From assembly GCF_037042905.1 (NCBI RefSeq), contig NC_087252.1:20338001-20402000 (forward strand): 64,000 bases of DNA. The letters run 5' to 3'. The notes below the pieces were generated by a model. The model was not told the origin of the DNA. It ran no database searches and saw only the letters and a program-made list of their open reading frames with translations. A program made the translations under genes and the position numbers. Origin of the DNA: Lytechinus pictus. Its lineage: Eukaryota. This document shows positions 14,601 to 26,600 of the stretch, piece after piece (the first letter of the stretch is position 1; the number at the start of each line of letters is the position of its first letter).

Positions 14601-17600
14601 TTTTGGGGGGTCAAACTTTTTTAGTCTTCTAAGTATTGGACTTGGCTTTGTCCTCAGATTTGCGAGCATGGGTCTTAGCCTCGAATTAGAGCAAGCTGGT
14701 ATCGGATACAAAATTGCCAGAATAGGGGTACAGTCGTCATTCCGAAGGTTCGTTAGTCCAAAAACACAATAACATTTGTAATTCTTAAGGTTCGTTGGTC
14801 CAAAAATGCAATAAGGTTTGTTAATTCAAAGATTCGTTAGTCTGAAAATGAAATAAGGTTTGTTAAAAATTAAAATGTATATTTTTTTCATGTTCAGGTG
14901 GAAAAAAGAAAAAAAAAGTACTGGAGAAAGGCAACAGCGATACTCCGGGCTAACGGCTACCAGCGGGAGGAGGAAGAGATCATCCGGAAGTGGGCCGACC
15001 TGAAGCAGAGAGCTTTGAAGTACAAGGCTCAGCGAAACATGACAGGTAATGAGCATGATCGATGATCAGTTAAGGGTTAACACCTTGTTGGAAATTTTTA
15101 AAAGATTTTTTTATAAAAATTGCTATTAAAGTAATCTTTGATATCTCTGGTTTCAAAAATTTCAGTTTTATAAAGATTGATGATTTTGAAAGTACTGGAA
15201 TAGACCATTTTGTTCATGAGGTTGATGTTACCTCTCAACACGGATAGACATTTCTACTCAAATTCAATTCACTCTAGTTTTATTGTTTTCAAAGTAACTC
15301 CTATTTTATTTTGATATTCTTGCATTCTGAACATTAATCCATCATCAAACATAAACTAGTAGAACAAAAATTTTAGGAAGTAAATTTTTTTGGTAGGTGC
15401 TGATATTTTGATATTTTGATGGAATTGATAAACATTACCAAATTTTTGAAAACCACTTTCTATCTTGTCCATCCCTGATATGGCACGTTTATTTGATACT
15501 TGTGTTTGTAGGTTACCATGGCAACAAACTTGTTTTCAGCATACTTTGTCCTACATGTACCCTTAACTATAATATACAAAGGAACCGTGCTCATCTTATT
15601 CCTAATTTCTCAATACAAGCCTTCAAAATTTTCAAAATCTATCAAATGTCCGTACGTGATGAACTGATAACTCTCTAATGTAGGAGTATCTTTAATTGAA
15701 AATTTGTATCTTCATTATTACTTTATAATATACCCTGGTATATATATATTATGATGTAGTTTAAGAAATACATGTTAAGCAATCTGTTTGTATAGATACA
15801 CAGGTAAACCTCATTGGTATTATACTTGTTATTTGTAGATATTTTATCAATATTATCAGTTAACTTTTTTATCATAATGTATGCATGAACTGGATATACT
15901 GTATGAATCAATTCTTCTCTGATTTTGATTTTAACCTCCCTAATAAATTCTTGAGTGAAATATTTTATTGCTGGAGGGATGCTATGCTCAAAGGAGTTTG
16001 CAAATTATTGTGGTGTGTTTACTGGTTGGCATAAATATATAAATGCTAATATTTTAATGGTCTTCTTTCATCAGTCAATTTTCTTATATTGGATTTGTTT
16101 TTTTATCCTTGGAAAAAAAAAAACCCAAATTTCATTTTCATCAAGGTAATGAGCAATTTATAATGGATATCAGTTTGAGATTTAAACTTTGACTGTTATT
16201 GTTATTGCTACTAATGCTCTTGCTTTGAGATATTGATGACTTCATTTTTTGTGTATTGAAAAAAAAACAGGTGGGGGCAGCCTTGAAATTCGGCCCACGT
16301 TAGAGGCTGTTCTGGAGATTCTCGCAAGAGAAACGGTGGAGGGGGTAGTCGGGTCCTCCGACGAAGCAGGCTTCAGCTCGTCCCAAGTAAGAAACTATTT
16401 CAATTTTGAAACGGATATTACAAAATTATGCTCAACTGCAATTACTTGGAATTTTGCTCTCCATGTTTTGGAAATATGTAAAAGAAATTTGCTCAAAGAA
16501 TATTCTGCACTTTCTGTTATTAATTCCTCATTCATATTAAGCAAAACACATCAACATATCTGTAGTGTTTCAATGTTTCTGGGAACAAGTTAGCTTGTGT
16601 GAAAACAGAAAAACCAAAGAAAAGATCCAATGAAAGTGAGAAAAATTGAACAAATAATAAGTTATGACCATCTTCTTATTGCTGTTCCAATTGTTCTCAA
16701 ACTGTCATTGATCTTATAATTTGATTGTTCCGTTTTCATACAACATGTACAAGCAAACTCTCTCCTTTAAAGTTAGATGTAACGATTGTTCTTTTTGCCA
16801 GTAATATGCAATTTAATGGGTTTTTTTTCAAATGATCCTTTTCATTTTTACATTTCCTTTGTCATCTCCTATATCCATCTCATCTCCACCATTTCTACCC
16901 ATTGTACACATACATTTCTTGATTTATCATGCAGTGATGTATACTTGCATTCCTTTGCATTTATTTTCATGAGAGTCAAATAAAAACAAATAGAAATCAT
17001 TGTTTTGTGGTATAAAGTCAGTAGTGTGAAGTTAAAATTACTTCATTTTATTGTTAAACCACAATATTAGGTTAATTGAGATAATACAAATACTTATGTG
17101 TGAAAATATTTAATCATCATTTAAGACTAAATGCAAAACAATAAATTCATTATGCACTCTACTATTATGTTGATAGCAATTGTTCAACCATAATGATATA
17201 TAAGTGTTGTATTCTGACAATTAAATCCATATTCCTATTCATGGAATTAATGTCTCAATTTGCTGAAGATATTAAAACTGCCACTCCATAACTTCTGAAT
17301 TGAGTGGTCTAAGTTAACCAGGGTTTAAAATAAAAAACTGTCTGAAGATAGATGAAATTTCACTTAAAATAAGGTACAAGTTGATTTTGCACTTAGACTG
17401 CTATCTAATAGTCTTATAATCAATTTACAGGTTTCTTTTATTCATGCATTTAATCAAATGACAATGTTCATTTTTGCTTAGGACACAATAGATGGAGACA
17501 ATGAGGCTTGCCTACTGTTTAGCAGCATGGCAGCAGGAGCATGTTCATGCACCCCTGTTCCTGTCAACACTACCTCCGCTGCAGTCAACACCACCACCAT

Positions 17601-20600
17601 TTCCGTCAACACCACCACCGCTGCCGTCAACACCACCACTGCTACCACAACCACTACCACAACTGCAATAGCTGCTGCAACCACCTCCGCCTCCACCACC
17701 AAGACCCCTCCAAGAAAATTGTCCCCAACTGACCAGCTTGTAGAGCTGGAGAGGGAGAGGATTCGACTGCTTGAGAAACAAGTTTCGCTCTCTGCAGAGC
17801 GAAACTTGTTTCTCAGTAGAATTGCAAATGCCTTAGAGGTCATGGAAAAAAATGGCATTCAGTCATTGGGAATGATTGAACTTTAAGGCATTTGCAATGT
17901 GTATTTCATGTGATGTCCACCTTGATAACAACAAGCTGAAACTTCAGGATAGCTATATAACTTAACAACTGCTGCATTTGCTAGAAAAGTTTGCATTGAC
18001 AGTAAAATCAAACTTACCAAAGAAAGAGATCCATTATACAGGAGACTTATTCTACAGAGCATACATTCCTTTGAAAAAAGGAACAAGAGTTTTTGGCCAT
18101 GGAAAAAATGACAACTTGAATAACTAAAATATAATTACATTGATGTACATGTAAATTCAATGTAGATTAAAAGTCTAATAACCTTCAAGGTAGTGTTTTT
18201 TATGGTATAAAAATCCAGCACATCAAGGGTATATTGATGCTCACCCTGTTACAACATTTCAATGTTGTGCTGATTATCAACACTTGCTGAGGTTGAGATT
18301 TAATATCGATGTCTGACATCAGAGGGAGTTTTAACTCAATCACTTTGACAGATGCGTTAGATTATGTAAAGAATAAAAAAACCAAATCATTCCCTTTCTC
18401 GAGACACTTGCTTTTTAAACAATGGTAGATTCCCTTGCATTGTTGTATATGAGAATAATAACATTACAACTCAGTATGTTTTACATATGTCTTGCCATAA
18501 TAGGAACATTTTAAAATACTCAGTATGTTTTCTGTACAGTAGTATGTGAATGTCTTGCCATAGTAGGAACATTATTTAAAATTGTGTTCTTAAAATCTTC
18601 ACCACAAAAACAGAGTGTGTGCCATTTAATGCATATTTAAAATGCATTTCAAAAGTACAAGTTAACAGAAGGAGAAGAGAGTGAAGCTCATTATTTAATA
18701 TGAATGTCAATTTTTTACTTGGCTTTTACAACATGAAGTGTTTACTGTGCTATAGCAAATCACAGTTTCATGTAGTGAACAGTAAATATTTATTCATAAT
18801 GGAAGAGCATCAGCGTATATAATTTGAAAACGGTATGACCATGTTGTTTAGTATTTTTAAAAGGGACTCCAACCAAAAGAAATTTGACCAACAAGTGTGT
18901 AGAAGGTTATACGTAATTGCCAGCTCCAAGTATTACATTTTAATCAACTTGTTATCCTTATGAAAAAGGGGGGCGGTGTAAATTATTAGTGCTTACAGCA
19001 TTACATAAATCCCAGCATTGATATAATGAAAAATGATGTACTACACAACAAAAGACTGTACGATCTGGGCCCGGACAGCGATGGCTGCTGCATCTCCCCT
19101 TTCCCTGTTGATTTCTCCTTCCATGTTGTCATCGATCATGTGGTCATCTTCGTTATCGTCTCCTGCTGGCTGTCTGAATCTTTTACTAATGTTAAATAAT
19201 ATGCAACATGCTGTGATGATACTGCAGGCCCTATTTGGTCGAATTTGTAGGCCATGACCGAGCAGACATCTAAATTTATTTTTCAACTGTCCATTCAATT
19301 GTTCGATAATTGATCTCGTCTTGCACTGTGCACTGTGGAATAAAGTAGATAATGTTTGATTATCAAAATAATTTCATCTCAAGCAAAATGATATTTAAAG
19401 GCAATCTGTATGGACAAAAATGTTCAAGATAGCTTTGTGATGAGAAAAAAAGAAATTAGGAAAACATTTGGTTTGAAAAGAAGCCACAAAAGGTATCAAT
19501 ATTTTGGCATTTTAAGACTACGAAGGCTGAGGATAAGCGGATATATCTCAAAGCAAACAATATCATTGTTAGTGGATACATGAAGTATAGAAAACATTAC
19601 AGAGTACATGTCTAGTTGTAAATTTTCCAGGATTTCTTGTAATCACATATGAGTCTGCCAAAATCAAATATAAGAATTACTTTTCACTACATGGCAGTTA
19701 TGACTTGAGAAGGTAGACTTATGCAGACACTATTGATATACGATTAGTTGCACGGTGGATCATAAAGCGAGTGTCGACTGTGATGTGTAGCATTTATTAC
19801 ATGGTACAGAAATCGCTCATTCAAGCAATTTCAAAAATTTTCTTTTTTTACAAGGAAAAGTTGAATTGCTCACTTGTTGTAGGCTTGTTCCTCTGGTGTC
19901 TGTGGATTAAGGATGGGGGTCATTAACCATGTCATCAAGGGATAACCAGAGTCGCCGAGGATGATCCCTTTCAGTTCTCCATTATTGTACTTGCGGTACG
20001 GTCTGCTATTCTGTTAACAAATTAATAGATGAATAAATCAAAGTTACTAAGATATCTCAGGTTTATGGTGATGCTTTTCTAACAATTAAGTTCGCTTAAT
20101 CTTGTGAAGATTTGGATTTTCCTTTCCATAATGATTTCTTTTAGCAAGGATTTGTAATGTATCGCTTAGGATCTATGATCATATGCAAAGTGGCAATTTA
20201 AGTCCACAGCAATGTATATAGTATTTGACATTAAGTACAATAATACACTTCAAGAATACAATTGTACAAATCTAAGATGCAAATGATGCTGATTATTTTA
20301 CCCCCAAAGAATAATTATTACCGTGGTGATAACTGATAAAGGTCTGCAAGCGTAGACTATACTATGTTATTTCACATGACCACTAGGAGCTGGCTCCTAC
20401 AAAGATGGTCACAGTGATGTTGTTGCAGCTAACCTAATATATGTCTCTTGTACGTTACAAAGATCTGACTACTAGTATGTTGTTTGCCTCCAACATAAGT
20501 CTGTAATAATTACCTGAAGAACTCTGGAGTCGTGGGTACTCCCCGGCCATCTTGCAACGACATTGATTATCTGGAATTTTGTATTGCAAGCTAATTGGAC

Positions 20601-23600
20601 ATTGATGGAAGACCTGCCCTTCCTATTGGTGTAAACGTATTCGTCGGGGCCTAATGGGCAGCCATGAAGGCACACATGGGTACCATCAACAGCCCCTACC
20701 ACTCTCGGAAATCTTGCAATTCTATAAAAATCCTGAATGTTGGCAGCTGTTTCTTCATCGGTCCTTGGGAACTTGATGAACTGTCAACACATACAGGATA
20801 AAGAAAACAAAAAGAATATTTAACATTATTTTGTGGAATTAAAGATAAATCTCTTTTATTGCACTGTTATGCTGAGAAAAAAAAATATTACACTTGTATA
20901 TACTTTTGTTATTGGAATGTAGAAATAAATAAATCAAATTAAATCAACATTTCCCTTACGTGTTTATGAGAGTATGATAATCCACAAAGAAAGGGATGAA
21001 TGATGTTGTATGAGCAGTGAAAATACAGCTTGAAAAGTCGGTGAGTTCAGAGGCAATGAGAAGAGAAGTAGCAACAACCCCAAAAATGTTTTCTAAAAGG
21101 ATTTTCCTCAAGCAAGATAAAAGGGAGCAACAATATGAGGCAATGTTTACAACAAAGTTGGCAATCAAACTTAATGTTTGTATGTATTAAATTTGGGATG
21201 CCTTTGAAATTATATGCCCTGTATCAAAACAGGTACCATGAGCATAAACATTATGGAAAATTGGTGTCTGAATCCATTACATTTGGTAAAAGACAGTATT
21301 TCATAGCTTTTGGAATTTAATTTTTTTTTTTTTTTTTGGTGGGGGGGGGGGGGAAGGCTGACAATAAAAAGGTTGCAATAAGATTGTTATCTTATATTTT
21401 TGAAAAATGTTATTGATAAAGTTGGGTGTAAATGCTCTCACCTGAATCATCAAAGGTTATAATTATAATCACATGACTACTGCATATACACTGGCATTAA
21501 TATAGGCCTTGATTATGATTGAGGCAGAGATGTCTGTTCAAAGACAGGTATAAAGCTCACAAATTCATTTTCATTTAATTTATAATTATTTTATCATTAA
21601 TTACTATCATCATTTTTATTTTATTACTACCATTAATGTTATTATGATTATCTTTATTATCTATTATTTAACCAGGCCCATTCTTATCATAAAGATGGCC
21701 GAATTATACTACAAATATTAATGTAATTATTTTCATATAGCATAACAGTATATAGATAAAGGTTACTAATTAGTAATAGGAGAAGGTAGTGCATGATGAG
21801 GGGTTTAGGGCTATCTCTGATAGTGCATGTTCCTGTTTTATTACTATAGTCAGGGGCAGCGGAACAGTTTTCAAAGTGGGAGGGCTAAGCCAAAAGTGGG
21901 GGGAGGGGGGCTGACCATGCCAAAAAATCACAATTGTATGGTCATTTTTGCGTTTTTATACATGGTTTTGGAAAAAAGTGGGGGCTGAATCCCCCAAGCC
22001 CCCCCCCCCGGTTCTGTGGCCCCTGATTGTTTCATGCTTTGGTGAATTACCTAAAATCAAAATAAATAAAGAAATTTGCCAAGAGATTGGTTAGATACTA
22101 TAAGTATTCTAGGCATGCATGAAACTAGCATGATTTTAAAATATTTTAATTGAAGTAAAATTCCTAATAATTTAATTTAGCTTTTAGTTGGAACACTTAA
22201 ATTGATTTGAAGAGACCATAGTATATCGACTTCATTGTATTTTTAGTATCAGGGCGAGCACGATCGATAAGCTAGCTCCTATCTTCAACAATTGTAAACA
22301 AACGCCAAAAGCAAATTGGATGTCGACTCGAAAACCTCACTTCTTCAAAAAGGGTTGGCTTTAGAAGTTATAAATCAATAATAGAATTACAAAAAAAAGA
22401 GAATCATTTAATGGTGAGTATATCATGTCAAACATCTGCATTCATATTTTGGTTTACGGTAATAAATAATACTCCCAGTTGTTCCGAATAATTAGATTGA
22501 TAAATCACTAGCAGAACTTCAGAAGCGCTCACCAGGCATGCTCAGCGCATCCTGCGGTACAGCCCCGGCCGTGCCCGCCCGCTCGCTCTGCCCCGTCGGG
22601 CCGGCTGGATTACGGCTATCGGTAGGGATAGGGGTCTAAGTAATATCCATTTACGTTCTTTAAAAGTTTCGTGCATTAGCATCTTCTCTAACTAGACTCT
22701 ATTGAGTCTTGATCTATGACATGTAAATCTAGAATTCCCTCATTTATTTCTGCATTTCAGTTGACAAACTCTGAAACATACAATTTTAAACTAGAATTAG
22801 AAATCTAAGTTTTTATTAGGGACAACGGTACATTCGGTATTTGCTCTATCAAAATCCCTACATACCATTGCGAGTGCGTCGAGCGCGTCCGTTGATCCTA
22901 CGAAGCCCCAATAATGCATCCCTCTTGACTGATAATTTCACCCTAAATTGAGTTATTTCAGGTAGCTATGATATATTTGGCATTAAAAGGATCGGTAATT
23001 ATTTGTCAGTAATTATTTAGTATTCTATATTTTCGAATGGCTTACCTCTACTTGTTCTTTGAATGGGAAAATATCGTACTTTGTCCTTGTATTCCACATG
23101 AACTGCAGAGTTTGTATGTGTATAAAGTCAATGGGGAAATTCAAACTTTTGCACACGCGACCCGTCACCATGACGTCACCAGGATTGCGTGTGAGCGAGC
23201 TAAGTTTGATTTGGGGGCGGCGCCCTCCAAAATTTAACCAATAAAAATTCTGCATTTGCTGCATCTTTTGGGATTTTCCCTAAATTCATGTCTCAGGGAC
23301 CGTCTTGGAAGTGCGTGCTGAGCTGTATAATCTTTTTGAAGGACCCACCCTATTCTACTTAAAGATATTCAATTAAAACATCTTGGGGCCCGTTTTGGGA
23401 CTTTTCATTCTTAAAAAAGATGGTTTTGAGACCAAGTCTTATATCTAGATTAATTTAAGAAAAAAAAATTAGTGAATTTATTGTTAAATTTTAAAATGCA
23501 AAGCAAAAACCTCCATATGACGTGTACGTGACGTAATTATCGTCATGAAGTTGAAGATCGCGCGAAGTGGTGGGAGGGGCCTATCGCGAACGTAGACCAT

Positions 23601-26600
23601 GTATTAGTCTTGATTCAGGCAATTTTTATGATTTGTAAAGTTCGTTGAAACTCTGTAACGTTGTGAACGGATATCATCCAAATAAAATAAATGAAAATAA
23701 TTTTAAAATGTGAAAGGATGAAGGCTAGCACAATCTTTCTCTTAGGAACATTCAGCCCCCCCCCCCCCCTCCTCAGTTACAAATGTTAATCACGTGTAAT
23801 CGCCGTGATACAAGGAGAGATGTTTTGGAAGGTCATGTGTGTGTGAGATATTGCACATGGCATAATGGCGGCATATACGTGTGATACAGGGAATTCTGTA
23901 CAAGGATGTTTACACTTGTGTGTGAGAAGGTCTGTGACCGAGATGGTGGCATGGGAATAATGGAGTTAGAGTGGATTAAAAAACTACGTGTGTAAAGCAT
24001 GGACCTGTACGTTGCAACTGTACATTCGCTCTGGGGGCTAAATCCCGGGGCTAAATTAAAATAGGGGAATCCCCGGTGTGTATAGCTTGATTAGTAATCA
24101 ATTGTTAAGGCCTACTAAAGTATATTTTGTTTATTAAAAAATCTAAGAAATCAATGTTTTAATTTGCAATGTTTACGCACAATATATGTATATATGCCCT
24201 CTCACAATCACACACATTTAAGATTTTATTTTTAACAGTAACATACTGATTGTTGTAAAATTAGGATACAAAAATTACTCTACGAGATGTCAGTTATTTT
24301 TTTATTTTCTAATGTATAGGCGGAGGGGGGCGGGTGGGTTCCCTCGGTCCTGCGCGCCCTTGCTCTTAGCAAAAATAAATAAATGGATATAAAAAAAAAA
24401 AAAATCCTAATTGGAGAAAATTTTCCCCAAAACGTACGTATCTCCTATCTCCTGAATTACAATAATAATTTCTGCCAATACCTGCAAAGAATCCGTTTAC
24501 ACCCCCCCCCCCAAAAAAAACCCTGAAAATTGGAGGCCATTTATATGATTGAGTGACTTTTACATCCGTAATCTGCTTTTTTATGGGAACATTTTTCTAA
24601 CACTTCGTCTATCATGCCCTGTCATGAGTGAAAATATAGTTCAAACAGGGATATACAATATCCCTGGTTCAAACATATGGACCTTTTAAAGCGTTGACAA
24701 AAAGTGACAAAAAAGTCACGCTATTATGGGGCTTTTATACCAATGTAACCCGATATACATGTAAATAAATTAGGTATCCAATGCGACTGTCAAATTGAAT
24801 TTACATCTGATTTCAAGGGATCGATGTGCCATAGGTCTATATTGATTTTTTTTACACGGGGAGGGGGCCTACATAGCTCGTTTACATTTCTCGATTTGAC
24901 TCCTTTTTCCGCCATGAGTCTCAACTTCCTACATGGGATATTATGGAGGATCGATGGGGTGGCCCTTAATTACCCCTTTTATATAGCTATCCCAGTAGAG
25001 GTCAGGGGTTGGATTCTGAATTAGGGTGGGGGTAAGGGTATCATCATGTAACAACGATCAGACGAGAATACTCACTTGTTAATTATTATATGAAAAGAGT
25101 TGCCCCCTCCTTCGGTGTCCCTGGTCGGTGCCGGTGAGTTTTCCAAAAGAAAAATATTCTGAAGTTTGCTATGGGGAACTCTTCGTCAATTTTGAGATAT
25201 GACATTATTTCACTTATTTCACAAGTCATAATCATGAACATAATACAAACAAATATTACATCAGAAGAATTAACATGACGTACAAATCAGACATGGCATC
25301 ATTTATTTAAATTGAATAATACGGCGAATAGAAACATGAGGGAACCTGCATTAAAAAGCAACGTTTTATTTCTTCAGTCTGCAGGATCCAAAAAAATATG
25401 AACTCTTCATGCAGGACAGCACAATAAAAATGATAATTTGATTACGTAAAGAAATGCCAAAAATATCACAACTGTAAAGAAAGTAATTTACATGGACTTT
25501 TTCGGAATAAGGAGGGTGTGAAAAAATAAGTTGTTTCTGTGAAGTTGCCGCGGTGTATACTTCAAAAGATCAATGAAAAAGGGTGTTGACAACAAAAAGA
25601 AAGTAATTTACATGGATTTTTCGGAATAAGGAGGGTGTGAAAGAATTTGTTTCTGTGAAGTTGCCGCGGTGTTGACAGACATGAAACAGCCTGTCCGATA
25701 AGATCTTGGAAGCCAGACATTCCGTCGTCTTCGGTAGGAACATTTCATGAGATAAAATGAGTCATGTTTTTTTTTTGCGTTTTCACTTCTGATTGGGTCA
25801 AAGCATTCATGTGCTGACCAGTGAAAAGCACCCCTTTCCATTGATCTTTTGAATGATCCCATGATGGGTTAGTGTGTTCTAGCCTGAATTATATAACACG
25901 AGAATACCCCCAGGGATCCCCGAGCTGGTTGTACCCCTGCCTTTCCGTTCCAGGGAATACTCCAGATGGACGAGGGCATTTACCACATCAGGTAAGAATC
26001 ATCCATTACAATTCATAATTATTAATATGTAATTCAAATGTTATTTTCCACTGCGGAAATGTTCAAACCTAATGTATTTTTATGTTATAGAGAGAGAAAT
26101 CGAAATAAACATCCCTAAACCTCACTTAAATTATTTTAAATTGCAGTATATACAAATATTAATTTTAAATGTTCTTAATAACTTGATTCTTTTCCATGAA
26201 AACATTTTTTTTTCATACACTGACCCACTCTTTCAAAAAAAAAAAAAAGGGAAGATACGTCCCGGTTTACGTCGTTATATATAGGCATACAGAGATAAGA
26301 TCAATGGCTTTTACCGTTATCTGAGATTTTTTTTAAATCATGTACGTATATAAAATAAAAAAGAATATATAGGGGGGCGCCGAACCCAAAATCCCAACAA
26401 TTAACTTAAACTTTTCCTTCAACCCTGCATGATGTCACTCAACACCCCCTCCCCACTCCCCCCCCCCCCCAAAAAAAAGATAGCAGTTACCGAGGAAAAA
26501 AACATTCATGAGCAAGGTCGACATCCCGTCCTCTTCGTAAGTGGGAACAATTTCACGGGAGAATGCTAATGGTAGAGACTGGGAGGTAGTTTTATTTTTC

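Noticed and set aside
17478..17858. Val-rich, Gly-rich and His-rich ORFs in other frames and strands
   Set aside because: These are shadows of the Thr-rich repeat in the last Myb-like exon.
22250..24362. hAT-like element with AGGGCG(A/C)GCA(C/G)GA ends inside transposase intron 1
   Set aside because: The inverted match is short and imperfect, and no TSD was found.
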